NCBI GenBank assembly: GCA_001643675.2
Contig: LSRY02000029.1
Coordinates: 992,001-1,056,000, forward strand
Length of the DNA: 64,000 nucleotides
Reading direction: 5' to 3'
Source of the DNA: Monocercomonoides exilis PA203
Taxonomy: Eukaryota > Protista > Preaxostyla
Positions within the stretch are counted from its first letter, which is position 1, and each line of letters begins with the position of its first letter. Both the position numbers and the translations under genes were made by a program. A model generated the notes under the pieces. The model saw only the letters and a program-made list of their open reading frames with translations, was not told the DNA's origin and did no database searches. Shown here piece after piece: positions 25,052-40,000 of this stretch.

Positions 25052-28000
25052 TTATTTTGCAGAATAATGTAATCTTTGATACTGTTTATCCTCTCCCCTT
25101 TGGCTGGTTGTTTCCTCGAAATGAAGGGTTTGTGGCTTACCTGCTTCATCTGAAATGACACAAGCATGCACACAAAGGAATGCAAACGATAAAACAAAAA
25201 AAGAACAATAATAAAAATATTATTATTGAATATAAGAAATATCAGACCTGTTATGAACAGCCGATTATCAGCCAAATAAGGCAACAATTCAATGGCAGTA
25301 TCGATCACTGCCAGATGAATCCCGTACGAAAGCTTCAATGTGCTGTTTTTCGGCTCCAGTGGGTGGATCAAGCCTTGCTGTTTCAGGTTGTTTTCTCTCT
25401 GATCTTCCAGTGCATCTTCAGCATCAGACAAAAGCAGATCGTTCTCTGAATCGTCATCGCGTATGAAGGAGCTGAACTTCAATCTGGAATCAGTCTTTTT
25501 CTGTTTGCAATTGCTCTTTGAATTGCATTCATTATCATTGCAATGGCAGGAACTGCTTGAAGAAGAGATTAGAGATGTCCGTGTTAATGGCGAAGGTGCA
25601 TGAGAAGATGAAGATTGAGCGGACAAAGAAGGAGAAGAGCATGATGATGATGCTGCAGATGATGACAAAAACATTTTCTGCGGTGTTGATTGAGAAAGGG
25701 TTGACATCTTTCTCATGATCACATCCCATTCTGTTTCCAGTCTTGATGGAATGCTGCAACACTCAAAGAACTCTTTTCTCCTTTTGAATGGAATTGATCG
25801 GGATAAGAATGTCTTTATCTGATACTGATTTGCATCAGAAGGAGTGGCAGATGAGAAGACGATGTTGTCTGTGCACATCGAAAAGGGCTTTTCAGACATC
25901 GCAATCTTCGCAATGTCTGCAACAATCCTATCGGCTGGCTGGTGTTCTGGTGATTCGTCAAAGCGTGTGATGAACGTGAGTGACTCTGGCAGTCTTTCAA
26001 CCACTGAAAGCAGAGTGGAGAGGAGGAAGAACGAGGAGCATGGGTCGCAGAACTGAGGGCAGCTGAGAATGAGTAGGAAGAGATCAACGCCACCTTCTTT
26101 CAGGAAGTCTCTTCCATTTGCTGAGTGCTTGTCAGTCAGATTGGCGACGGCGCAAGTGGCTGAAGGGAGAATCGAGGTGGATGCTTCCAAACGAGCTGGC
26201 TCGGCGGATTTTGATGAAGCTGCAGCAAGTGCCTTCTGCCTGTAATGCGAAGAGATCAGCTTCAGAATGACTGAAATAGTGCCCAGTTCGTAGAATGCGT
26301 CTTGAAGAAGCGAATTTGCATTGATGACTGATGCGATGATCCACAGGCAGTTGTCCAGTGTCTCGTCCTTTGCAAAGTCCACAAGTGAAATAAGATTTGA
26401 GAGAGAGGACTTCTCATGTGCAGCATCAATGGCCATTGAGTGTGTAACAAGTGACAAAATTGCTCGTGTCATGTTCAGCTGCACTTCTGGAATTGGAGAG
26501 CCCAGAAGATTGAACAGCTTGAATGAAGAATATTTCTCCACTTTGCGTCGAAGGCTATGATTATAATAAAACAAAGGGAAAAAATCATCAAATTTTCATT
26601 AATTCAAAATGATAAGGTAAATAAATAGTTAAACAAAAGAGAAATTAAATCATAAATTGACAAAAAAACAAAATTCATACTAATCTGTTCTTGACTCATA
26701 AGTGAACCCATCGAAAGTAATTGGATAAATTTCTTTGTTTCCTTCACCCTCGCAAAAGTGCACAATGATATACGACACAAGAATCAATATCTCAATTGGT
26801 GCTCTGTTTGATGCCAGCACATCTGCAATCAGCTCCACTCCATCTCTTATTCCGCTTGTGGTGTCATTCTCGTTTTCAGCGACGGGAGGTGGCTGGGATA
26901 TTTCAACGATGTGTCTGATTGTCTCGCTCCGCTGTGTGTCCACTGCCATCCGGTAGAGGATGTTCCAGCAGATGAGATCGTTCTCTGGAGTCTGCCTGCC
27001 AATGCGTGTGTCGTTCACCCAGCGCTCGAGGAAGAATGCGAACAGACGATAGTTGATGATCTTCCTGTTGATCCACACTGAATGCACATCAGGTGTCAAC
27101 AGCACATACTTTGCAGACGGCTGCTGTCCAGGCGTCAAGTTGTATGAGAGTGGGTAATACTCCGTCGCTGAGAACGGAGGGAGCTTCTCAATCGCTGAAA
27201 TCGGAGTGAGCGAAGGCGGAGACTGCATCGCAGTCAGAAATGACCCAAACTTCCCTTCGCCAACAAAGTTCAAGCGAGATGGGGCTTCTCTCTGCCAACG
27301 CGTGGGCACACAGCCAAAGGCTTTCTCTCTGTGTGTTGGAGGAAATCGCTCATTGGTAAGAACAGTGAAGGAAGGAGCTGGTCTGACGATGGTGGAGCAT
27401 AATGAGTTTAGAGCCAAAGTGTTGATGAAGTATGATAGGGAAAGAAAGATGAAGCGTTTTAGTGTTTTTACCAAATATTGCACATTTTCTGCTTTTGTAC
27501 TCAAAAGAGCAAATGCCCTTTGAACCACGCTCGTAAAAGTGAATGCCGCCAGATGAGGAGAAAAGAAAAGAGGAGAAGAAGGAAGCCGCTTTTCATGTTT
27601 GAATAACATTTCTGGATCGCTGAATGTGTCAAAATACATTTCTGACTGACTTTTGCCACTATCAAAAGATAAAGATGCGCCTCTTGTTTGTTGTTCGTTG
27701 TTGATTGGTCTTTTATCTACAGCTGCAGCAAGCACAATCATCGACAGCAACCGAACAGCAAAAGTCTTTGCAGTGATTGAAAACGGCGGCGGGCGCAAAA
27801 CGAAGGAATTTGCGAGATACTCTGCCTGTTGTTTCTTTGTATCGTTTCTGACATTTGTTCGATGGTTTGTTAAGTTCTCGTTTTCATTCAATTCTTCCTT
27901 TATGTCTGAGCAGCTATCTTCACATTCATCAAATGTGCCTCGTGACACAGCAGCAACAAACTGCTGTTGAGTGAAGAGACATGAGCCAATAATCGCAAAA

Positions 28001-31000
28001 GCATTTGGAATGGTGTTGAGAAGGATGCGAACAGATGAAGGATCCATCGAGCAGACAGAGTGGAGAGCAAAGAGCAGAGCACATCGAACTGGAGGAGATG
28101 GGTTGAAAGACGTGTGAGAGACAGCTGGGATGCTCAGAATGTGCAGCACATTGTGGAAGAAGAAGCGATCTCTTGCGACGTCTCGTGCATTCTGCGCATT
28201 CAACGCACAGAAGTATCCGATGCACAAAGCAGCCAGGAAGCATCTTTCTTCGGAGATGGACAAGACACACGAAGTCTGCTGGTATTCTTTGTTATTAGCA
28301 CACGATGCAGGGAGTGAGGATGGGCAGTGCGGAAGGCGTAGAAGAGAAACAAGAAGAGGGAACAGATTTGAAGTACGGACCTGCACAAATGAATAACCCC
28401 TTCTTCCCAATTCAACCAAAGTGTGGAGAGCAACCAGAAACGAAGCTGAGTAGATGCTGCTTTCAGAAGAAGACAGGACAAAAGGTGTGAGGCGAATGGC
28501 TGTACTGATCAGATTCACTCCTCCATTCACTTTCATTGACAAAGACATTTTGTCGCTGTGAGAGCGAAACGTGAGGCCGCCAAATGAGCAGCTCATGGCA
28601 ACATAGAGACCTCTTCCTGCAATGCAGTAGAACACAATGAGCTGGTTCAGGAACGAAAGGAACTGCTTTGTGGTGAATGTGCATGAGGGTTGTGTTGAGA
28701 AGTTAAACGATGGTAAAATCGGCTTCTGGAGCAGATCCTGCATCCTTTGTGTTGATGAAATGTGGTTTTGAATGGCAGTCACAACAGGCGCAATCAGCGG
28801 GTGTGCCTTGTTGACTGGTGGAAGTGAAGCAATCTGGCAGAAGGTATCGTCTTCGCTGTGGATGGAGCTGTAGAGCATCTGATAGAGCGGTGTGTCGCTG
28901 AGTGGGAGGATGTCGATGGCAGAGCAGGCAGACGAGCCTTTGTCGTCTGCACTCGACAGATCAGCTGCATTGCATATGCTTTTGATGCACTGCTGGGGCA
29001 TCGTCCTTCGCATTGCATCGCTCTTCTCCACGAGAATGACAACCAGCTTGGCAACCTCACAGCGGAGTGGGACGGACGCCAAGGGAGACACAAGCAGAGT
29101 GCACAGAGACTCCATCACATTCGGCAGCTGTGTGAGGCATTCACAAAGCTCTTCTCGTGTGCCCAGCGAAGGAGAATGCTCCAGTTTGTTGCTTTCTGCT
29201 TGATGTTGTGTCTTCGGAATGAGTGAAGTATTCCCACCAGATGTGACTGTCAGGAGAAGCGACTGTATCTGCCTGTCTTGTGTGGCAATAGATTCGATGT
29301 CTCTCTTTGCCTCGTTGACGACTTCTTCCATTGGAGCATCGCCTTGAGAGATGTAATACGTGGAGAAGGAGGAGATGACACCACAATAGTCAGATATGCA
29401 GACAATGAGGCGCCTGCAGACTTCACGTAAAGTGGCTGGGACGCTTTCAGAGAAAGGGACACAGGAAAGAGGAGGAGTGCAGGTGGAAGGGAGAGGCAGG
29501 GCAGAGAGGAAGATGCGCCCTCCGTCTGGCTGAAGAGGATAGGGCTGGTCGAGCAGGCGGGCAAAAGAGGACTTCAAGGAGGAGGCGGAGAAGGATGGGA
29601 CGAGAGAAGAAGAAGAAGAAGAAGGAGAAGGAGAAGGAGATGACAGAGAAGAAGAGGATGAGGATGAAGACAGTGAAGGAGATGAAGAGGAAGAGGAAGG
29701 AGAAATATATTGAGTGAATGAAGAATTAGAAGACACAGTGAGTGTAGAAGCAGATGAGGAAGACATTGACGGTGGTGGAGGAGGAAGAGAAAGTGCTAAG
29801 GAATGTGACACAGTTTGTTGGGAAGATGGCTTTGATGCTGAAGAAGATGAAAGAGCATTTAATTTCTGAGGATTTGTTTGAGGAAGAGGTGGAAGAGAAG
29901 ATAAAGAAGAAGAAGATGATGATGGAATTGAAGATGAAGGTGGCAGTGGAACAGAGGATATTAAAAGAGAAGAATGAGAATTCGAAAATGGAATACCATT
30001 TTCCTTTAGACTACTTTTAGGATGAAGTTTTTGAAGAGAAAATGAAGTAGAAAGAGGCATATTTGAAGAAGAAGAGGAGAAAGGAGAGGGAGAAGAAGAA
30101 GAAGAAGACGATTTTGTAGAGAAAGAAGGTTTTGGAGGGACAGGCAAGGCAGTTGGGTGAAGAGAGCCAGCCCAGCGAGGGATGGGTGGAGGAGGTGGAA
30201 GAGACGCCTTTTGGTTCTTGATGAGTGTCAGATACGAATAGAAGTTGCTTTCTTGTTCGTCTGTGAGGATGCCATTGGGAGCGGAGATGAAGGAGAAGTA
30301 TGGATGCAAAAGAAGAGAGAGGGTTGAGTTATAATGTGAAGATAATGAAGAAGAAGAAGAAGAAGATGATGATGATGAAGAAGCAGATGATGATGAAGCA
30401 GATGCAGATACAGACGCAGAATAGCATATCTGAGACAAAGAATCGTTCATTGCTTCCTTTGTGAAGAAGAACAGCTGAAGAAAAGCAGTTTTTCTGATCA
30501 GATTTCTGAGAGATCGTTGAACGATGGCAGAAGAGGATGAAGAGAACTTTTTGAAGATGGCATAATTTTGAGAATAGAACAAAGACAAAGTGGCTGGCAA
30601 TGAAATTTCTTCTGATTTGCTTGTTTCTTCTTCTTCTGGTGCTGCTTCTGCTTTTGTTTCTGCTTCTTCTTCTTCTTCTTCTTCAATCTCTTCAGCTTCT
30701 TCCTCTTCAACTTCTTCCTCAACTTCTTCATCTTCATCTTCATCTTCATCTTCATCTTCTATGTCTTCTTTCTCTTTCTCCTCTTCCTCTTTTTTCTCTT
30801 CTTTGCATTCATTTTCAATCATTAAATCTTCCTTCTCTTCCTCTTTTTTCTCTTTCTCTTCAACAAACTCATCTTTTTGGCTTTTCTTTCTCTCCAATGA
30901 ACTTTCCCTTTTCAACTTCTCTTCTTCTTCTTCTTCTTCTTCTTCTCTTATGACCATTTCATAATTCTCTTTGACATCTTCTTCCATTGGCAAAGGCTCT

Positions 31001-34000
31001 GGTTGAATGTTTCCTCTGTCTTCTTCTTCTGTTTCTGTCTTGTTTTGTTCAATGGAATTCTGTTCAATAACTTCTGGTTGAATGTGTTCGTTTTCTGATT
31101 CATTTGAAGAATTTAATTCTTTCTCTTCTTTATCATTCTCTTGTTGTTTTGTTTGTTCGATTTCCTTTGGTTTGTCATCTTCTTCTTCTCCTTCTCCTTT
31201 TTCTTTTTCTTTTTCTTTTTCTTTTTCTGTGTTTGATTCTTCTTTGTTGTCATTATTCATCTCTTCTTCAACAACTTCTGGCATTTCTTCGGTTTTGCAC
31301 TCATTTTCTGTATCAGTCAGATTTTCTCTGATATCTTCCGTTTCTTCGCTTTTTGCGTCTGTTATCTCTTCTGCTTGTTTTGTTTTATCGCTTTCATCTT
31401 CCTCTTTCTTTTCATCAACCTCTTCTTCTTTCTCTTCTTCTTTCACTTTTTCTTTCACTTCATTTTCCTTCTTCTCCTCTTCTCTATCTTTCAACTCTTC
31501 TGTTCCATTCTTTTCTGCCATCTCCTCTGTTGACATCTTCAATGATGGCTGCTCGTCCAAATTATCATTTTCTCCATTTTCTTCTTTCTGCTCCTTCTCT
31601 TTCTCATCTTCAATTGACGATTCAACGTCTTTTCTTTCTTCTTCTAATGAATCGTCTTCAATTGAATGCTTTTCTTCCATCTTTTCTTGGCTGTTCTTTT
31701 CATTGGCATCATCTTCAAGTTGCTCTTCTTTCTCTTCATTTTCTGACTTTTGCGCTAAATCTTTCTTTTCTTCTCCTCCTCCTCCTCCTTTGTTTTCTTT
31801 TTTTTCTTCACTTTTATTCTGTTCAGATTCAATAACCTTTTCTTTCTCTGATTTATCTTCTTTATCATTTAGTGTCTGTTTATCACGAATCTGTTCAGAA
31901 GATATATCTTCTCTCAAATTTGATGAATTGTTGTTTTCAGCTATTTGTTCATTGCTCATCACAAGCACTTCTGGTTTGTTCTCTTCTTCTTCTTCTTCTT
32001 CTTCTTCTTCTGACGATGACGATGATATAGTCTGTTCTTCTGCGTTATTCCTGTTAGATAGACTTTCTCCAACTTCCTCTTCTTTTTCATTTTGTTTGTC
32101 AACTTCTTCTTTTTCTTCACCTTCGCTTTCCTTTTTGCATTCTTGTATTTCACTTTCGTTTTCTGCCTTTTCTTGCTCATTTTCTGGTTCTTCTTTCTTT
32201 TCATTTGACTCATTTATTTCTTCTTCTTCTTCTACTTCTTTTGCATTGCATTTTTCTTCTGAAGCAGAAGCACAACTCCTCCTTTTTCTCCTAATAATCT
32301 TTTTGACAATTCTTTTCTTCTTCATCTGTTTCCTTTCAGATATCATCATCTTCTCCTCCTCCTCCTCATTCTTCTTCTTCCTCTTCTCTTCCATCATCCC
32401 ATCCTCTTCCTTCTCTTCCTTCTCCTTTCCTCTCTCACATCTTTTCCCTTCTTCCTCAAATGAATGACACGCAACCGCCTTTCCTATCACCACCACTGTC
32501 TGCTCATCCAGCAATGCACTCATAGCCTTCAGAGCACTCCTTTCAATCAGATTTCCCACTGAAACTGGATCTCTTCGACGGGAAGGCATTGCCAGCAGCT
32601 TCGCCACACGCTGAGGGAAGGAAAGAGGAGCAGGCGGAGGAAGGATGACGATGGAGCGGGTGAGTGGAAGGGAAGATGAATGGAGTGGATCAGAATGTGT
32701 GAGTGTTATGGCAGAGGGGGGAGGAGGGGGAGGTGGGAGAAACTGAGAGGAAGATGAGGAAGAAGAAGAGGAGGATGATGATGATGAAAAGGAAGAGGAA
32801 GATGAGGCAGAGGAATAAGAGTTGAAAGGACTGTTCATCGAAACAGAAGGATAAAAGATAGAAGAAGAAGAAGAAGAAGATGTTGATGATGATGATGATG
32901 GATGAGTGACTAATCGGAGCGTGTGTTCTGATTGAGTGTTGATGCTGTCGATGATTTGAGGATGCTGTGCAAGTGGAGAGAAAGGCAGGGGAGGAGACAT
33001 AACATTCAGAGGAGAAGGAGAAGGAGAAGAGAAAGGAGAGCTCCAACTAAATGGCTGAGGGATGGATGCTATGAAAGGGGCAGGTGAAGGTAGATGATGG
33101 GAAGAAGAAGAAGAGGAGGAGGAGGAAGAAGAAGAATAACAAGAAGAAGAAGAAGATTGTTCCATTGAAACGAGTGAGAGTTCTGTGTTTTTCTCAGCTG
33201 AGCGTGCGATTAGCTGCCCTCTCTTCATTGCCAGCACATCAGCATCTTGTTTGAGTATCCACAAGATGAGTGAGAAATAGTTCAGTTTTGCACATTCAGA
33301 ACGGAAGAAGGCGCTGACACTGGAGAGAGCAGCAGCAAAACAAAGGAGAGTGGCGAGGGAGGCGCCAGAGACAGAAGAGAGAAGCTCTTTGAGGACAATC
33401 TGGATGGAAGTTTCGTTGTTTGTGGAAGGATGCTTGAGAGATGAAGAGGAGGTTATATGGGCAATGATTCTTTTCTGTTTGGAGAAGTGGAGAATGAGAG
33501 AGGCTGCCAGCACAGACAGAGGAGTTGTGAGGGCTTCGCGCACGCAGAGCTCGTTGGTGGAGAGGAGGACAGGGGAAGTGGAAGGAGGAGGGGATGGGGA
33601 GATGGCTGAGAAGGATGATGAAAGAGAAGAAGAAGAAGACAAAGGTGTTGTTGGTGATGGAGATGGAGATGAGGATGGAGAACAAGAAGAAGAAGAAGAG
33701 GCTGAAGCAGAAGCAGATGATGAATAGTAATCTCCTTGTGTAGAAGCATCCAACTCGGTTGAGTAAGCAAGAAGCTCAATCACTTTGTAAAGTGCAGTGA
33801 AATCATACTTCTTTGAGCAAGTGAATGAAGAAGACACAAATGGAAGTGACTGGATACCCTCAAAATAATCAGAAGAATCAGAAGAACTTGATGAGTTTGA
33901 TGAGTTTGATGAATTTGATGAAGAAGCGCTGTCAGAACTGTCAGGCGATGCTGTTATCTTCTTCTTCATCAGGAAGTTTTCAGCGCCAATCCCAATCTCC

Positions 34001-37000
34001 GCAAACACAGTGATACACGCCACTGCCAATGAAACGATTGACTGGGGGTACTTCTTCTGGTCAACGAGCCTCAGAAGCGAAGAGAACGTCTCTGGAAACA
34101 TCTTCACTGCGAGCATCTGGTTGCTGTGGTCGAAGAGGATGCCATTGAATTCTCTGTCGCTCAGCTTCTGCACAGCTGTTGTCCTGAGTGAAGGAGGTGT
34201 GCGCACAGAAGACAGGAAGATGAGGTCGAATTCGCAGGATTTCTGAACAATCTCTGGGGGAAGAGAGCGAAGGCCAGCACACACCCAGTCACACGCATGC
34301 AGCTGCTCGAGGGTGATTCTTTCTCTCTCTCCTTTCTGGGCAATGGAGATGAGGATGTCGAGCACAGATGACTGCAGAGATGTGTTTGGGATGCCCAGGA
34401 GTGTCAGAATGCGAGGGAGGGCATTGAACACCACATCCAAGTTGACTGCAGACTCCATAAAGACAGGCACAAGCGTCGACGCCAGCGTCTGGTCAGCCAA
34501 CGAGAGGCGCTTCATCTGCTCGGCATTCAGCAGCTCTGGAAAGATGCCATCCCAGAGATCAAAGTATTTATCTGGTGGGTGTGTTTCAGAGAGGCGTATG
34601 AGAGCCAGCAGAACTGCGTGTTGGATGGTCGAATCGCCCACTCGTAGGCTTTCATGCACCCATCGCAGACCAGCAATGTCTGGATCATCAACAAGATCTC
34701 CTCCAGTGAAGAACACAACCAGCGCCTCTGTTGCTGCCTCACGTAAAAATGAATGATTGCTTGTGGTGGTGAATGATGAAAGAGTGTACAGACAGCCACG
34801 CACGTTGAGTGTGACGAACTGCTTCAGCCTCTCTCTCTCCTGCATGATGCTCTTCAGACAGCGCATGGTGCCTATGCAGAGCATCGGGTGTGTGTCTCTC
34901 ACTTTCGCCAGCATGTCCCCAAACAAGAAGCGGGTGAAGGAGGTCATTGAGTTCTTGTTGCGGATGGCGTGGTAGTTCAGATTGACCATCTCTGCAAAGA
35001 CAGTCGCACGCACGCGCGCTGCAGAAGGCACAGTGGGGGAGAGGAAGAGTGGGAGACAGGGGGCAGGCTGAGGGGCAGAGAGCGTCTTTGGCTGGAGGAG
35101 GGCAGAGAGAGGGAAGGGAGGCGTTTGGGCACTCAGGGCAATCACGTTGTAGATCCAGCAGTGCTCAGAGAAGGCCTTTGCGATCTTCTGCTCGTTGTTG
35201 AAGAAGAAAGGGTTGTGGGAGGAGAATGTGGTGAGAGGGGAGATGTCATTCATCGAAGAAGACGAGGAGGAAGAAGAGAAGGAAGTAGAAGATGATGATG
35301 ATGAAGATGAAAAAGAAGAAATAGCTTTTGTCTTCCCCTTCATCCTGCTTCCCGTCATCTTCATTGCAATACTTCTGTTTTCTGGAAGCAGCATCACCTT
35401 TGATGTCTTTGCAGCTGTTATCGCAAAGGGAGGCGGTTCAGAGTCCATCAGACGTGACATTGTCTCGTTCTTCTCCTTCTCCAGCATCTCTGCATCGTCC
35501 AGTGTTGTCCATGCATTGTGTCTTTTGAGTACTTCTTCCAAGACAAGTCTCATTACTGGCAGATCGAAGTGCAGGCGGAAGGGAGGGAGGAGGAGGAGGC
35601 GCATGATGAGGATGCCTGCTTCATAGAGGAAGCAGACAGGGAGGGATTCTGTGTCATCGGGGGAAGATGACGAGGAAAGAGAATGAGGGGATGGTGAGGA
35701 AGAGAGGAAGGGAGAGCGTTTGGAAGAGGAGTCGAGAAGAGGTTGAGAGGGAGAACGGTTGAAGGAGTTGGTTGTATTGAATGTGTTGTTTGTGTTTGTT
35801 GTTTTGGAAATGTTGGATGAATTGGGAAGAGGAGGAAGAGAAGGTGCATTAGACAGAATGTTTGTCTTTTGGGGAAGGGAAGAAAATTGAGAGGGGAAAG
35901 GAGGTGGAGGAGGAAGATTTTGAAGAGGGGTTGGAGGAGATGGCATAAATTGAGAGGAAGAAAAAGAAGAAGAAAGAGAAGGAGAAGAAGAAGAAGAAAT
36001 AGATTGAGAAGGAAGAGCATTTTGCTGTGTTTGATTCGGAATATGACATCTGGCTTCACCAAAATGAAAGAGCTGCCTGTTTGTTGGAGGATGGAATTCA
36101 AACAGATTCTCTTTCTGTTTTTCATTCTCTTCAAAAAACAAGCTTTCCAAATGTGTCTGTTCATATGTCTGCTCATAGGACTCTATCAGAAGCTCATCTT
36201 CTGTCTTCTCATTGTTCAGTCCACTCCCAAATGGAGGAGAAGACAATGAAGAAGAAGAAGAAGAAGAGGGAGAAGAAGAAGAAGATGCTGATGAAGAAGA
36301 AGAAGGAGAAAGAGAAAGAGAAGAAGGAGATGAAGAGTCAGCCAATCCATCATCTATCCCCATTGAAGATGTAGGTGCCACTGCAATTGAGAGTTCTGGC
36401 CCAGCCGACGACAAAACAGACAGCTGAGCAGCTGAAGGGAAGATGTCGCTCTGAGTGAGGGTGAGGGAGGAGGTGGAAGAGGTGGAAGAGGAGCCTTCGG
36501 CAGCAGATGGGCTGAAGGTGTCGTGGAGGGCATAGTCTGGAGATAAAGCTGGGGCAAGCTGACTTTGTGGGGATAGTTGAGATAAATCGTGTTGAGGCTG
36601 AGTAAGTGATGTTGGAGAAGGAGAAGGAGGAGGAGAAGAAGAAGAAGAAGAAGAAGAAGAAGAAGAAGAAGGGAAAGGAGAAGGAGAAGGGGATACAGGT
36701 GAAAGAGAAAGGCCAACACTTTGTTTGCCATCAGTAACTGATGAGTTGTTCACCTGTTGTTCCTCACTCTTCACAGCATTTCCATACGATGCCTCAGAAC
36801 TTGTGTGATTTGTGCTCTTCTTCTCGCTCACTTCGAACACGATGCTCAGCAGATGCAGAAGAATGCGCCACCAAAAGCCCAAATTGCTGGTGACGTTGAC
36901 TGTCGCCAGCATTTCATTCAGAAATGAGAAGAAGAAGGCAAAGCGGAGGTGTCTTCTTCTGTTGAGCTCTTTTGTTTTGAGGGAAGATTCAGTGTTTGTG

Positions 37001-40000
37001 GAGGAGAAGTGGATGGTGGCTGTTAAATGGGCAATGCGGGGGAGTGGGGTAGCTTTTAGAAGACGCAGTTGGAAGTGATCTTTGTCTGAAGAGAAGAAAG
37101 AGGAAGAGGAGGAAGAAGAAGAGGGAGAAGGAGAAGAGGAAGAAGAATGCAGTGAAAGTTCGTTTTGTTTGTGTTTGGACAATCCAATTGGGAGTTCGAA
37201 GTCAAATGCAGTGAAGATGTTGCTGATGAATGAGTTGGATGAGCTGTTATTCTGATTCTGTGTGTTTCCCTTCTTGATGTTGCTGTTAGCTGACGGCAGC
37301 TGTTGAATGAGATCGCACAGAAAGTAGTTCATCAGGCATCTCTTTGCACACTCACACACTTCATTCACTTCCTCCTTCAGCTGTGGACAATCAACAGGCA
37401 GAACAGCCCCTTCAAACAAGAAAGAATTGCTGTCCAAATACTTTGCAAAGGCATTTGTGTCTTGTTTGGCCTCAAAAGCTGTCTTGTTCTGTTGGAATGT
37501 CTCGTTCTCACTGACCATCAGCGCAATCAAGAAATCAACCAGAGCAAAAGGCGGCTGAGAGACAAAGAGATTCACATCACTTCGTGTGAGCTGCTCGATG
37601 AAGGAGGTCAATGAATGGCAGAGAACGGAGAATTCTTCTTCCTCAAGAACAAGAAAACTCTGAGGCTGCTGGCTGAGTGAAGGCGTCTTCAGCCTTTTGA
37701 AGACGATGAAACAGCGTTTTTTAACAAAGACTTCTTCGCAGAACAAGAAGAAAGGGTAGAAAGGAGAGCGGAGAATGGCAAAGGGGGAAAGGATAGGTTG
37801 AGGAAGAGAAGGAGAAGAAGAAGCAGAAGAAGATGGAAGAGAAGAAGAAGAAGGTTGAGGGGGAATGAAAGGGGCGATGAAGAAGACGGCAGAGGCAGAA
37901 GAAGGAGACATGGTATCGATAACGATGCTGCAGAGGAGACGAGTGAGAAGAAACTGGATGTGTCTCTGATGAGAGGGAGAGGAGAGGGCAAGATGGGAAG
38001 GAGAAGAGGAGGAGGAGGAAGATGACAGAGATAAAGATAATGAAGAGGAAGAAGAGTATGAGGAAGATAAAGAAGATAAAGAAGAAGAGGAAGATAAAGA
38101 AGAAGAAGAAGCAATGCTGTATAAGAAATGGAGGATGATTTCCTTTGCGTTGATGAGGAAGAAGGGGTGTAAGAAGGATGTCATTGAGCAGACGGTGCGG
38201 GCAGAAGGGGTGGAAAGGCGGGGGCATTGTGAAAGAGGAGCAGAGGAAATGTTTCCTGTCTTCAGAAGGGAAGAGAGGATGGTGTGGGAGAGATAGCACA
38301 TCTCAGAGGGATCGATTGATGGATAGGTGATGTTATTATTATTGAATGTATTTCTATTGCCATTCATTGAGTGTGATTGCATTGTATCCAAATGGCTGTC
38401 TAAAAGTGCTGTTTCTATCATCCAGCCAAGAATGTGATAGAAAGGAGAGGAGGAAGTGAACTTGTAGCGCCCTTTGATTGTCTCAGAGGGGATGACAGAA
38501 TTGGAGAATGGGGTGATGGAAGAGAAAGAAGAAGAAGAGGAAGATGAAGGAAAAGGAGAGGGAGAGGGAGAAGAAGATATAGAAGATATCTCCACAGCCG
38601 AATGCTCATCAAGAATAAACGACTTGATGATATCATGTGGAGCGAGGCAGAAGCAGAGGGAGAGGAGAAGCATGGATGGAAAGAGCTCCACACCCATCTG
38701 AATGCAATGTGCACAATATCGAACCAACCTCGTGAACATCAAAAGATGTGAATTGTCTTCTTTGAGCTCTGTTTTTCTCTGGCTTGTTCTTCTTCCTTCT
38801 CTTCCTCCTTCTCTTCTTATTCCTCCTTCTCTTTCTCTTCCTTCTCTTCCTTCTCCTTCTCTCATCCCATCTTCCCCTTCTCCCTTGTGTTGCTCCATGA
38901 ATGGCTGAGGGAACAGAAGCTGATGAATCTCAATGGAAGCCATTCGATACACTGCTCTTGCTGATCTGTTTCTTGTCAGATATTCCTTTGCCTCTTCTGT
39001 CAGCCCTGGGAAGGAGGAGAGAGAGGAAGAAGAAAGAGAAGAGGAGGAGGAGGAAGAAGAAGAAGAAGAAGAAGGCAATAAAGGTGATGGCAATGAAGGA
39101 GAAGAAGATGTGTTCAAAGAGAATGGAGTTGGATGAGCAAAAGTTTTATTCTGTTGAGTCAACCCAGCAGATGTTGAGAAAGAAGAGCTTCTTCGTTTTG
39201 TGTCTGAAGAAGAAGAAGGAGATGATGATGATGATGATGATGAACGGGGAGGAGGAGGAGGGATGTGAAGAGGAGAAGCAGAGACAGAACGATAGGAAGG
39301 AACAGAAGAAGAAGAGGAAGAAGAAGAAAAGGGTGTGATGCTGGATGAAGGGCGAGAGGTGAAAGAAGGAGAAGAAGAGGAGGAGGAGGAGGAGGCAATA
39401 GACGGAGGACGAGGGAAGGGAAGAGAATCGAAAGAAGGAGAAGATGAAGAAGAAGAAGAAGAATTAGAAGGAGATGAAGAATTAGAAGAAGATGAAGAAT
39501 TAGAAGAAGAAGAAGACAATTGTGAAAGATGATGTTGAGTGTGTTGTTGAGGATGATGAGGGTGTGTGGGTGTTGGATAAGAAATGCCTGATGAAACAGA
39601 GTCACTTTCTGATTGATCTTTGGTGGATGAATTGCTTTTGGCTCTTCTGCTTGAAGGAGGAGGAGGAGGAGGAGGAATAATGAAATATTGCTTGGAATCC
39701 TCAGAAAGCTCTTGCTTGGTGACTTTTGAAGAAATGCTTGTGACTTCTTTCTTTTCTCCTTCTGTTTGTTGAAGAGAATTGGCATTTTGTTCATTGGATT
39801 CTTGTTCTTTTTCCTGTTCTTCTTTTTCTTTTTCTTTTTCTTTTTCTTTTTCTTTTTCTTCTTCCTTCTCTAATTCTACCTCGTTTGTGGGAGAAACCAT
39901 TGCTATTTTGTTCTCTTCATAAAGCTGTTCATTTGATTCTTCTGTTGCTTCTTCTGTCTGTTCAGTTGGTTGTTGAGGTATTGTCTCATATTCCTTTTCT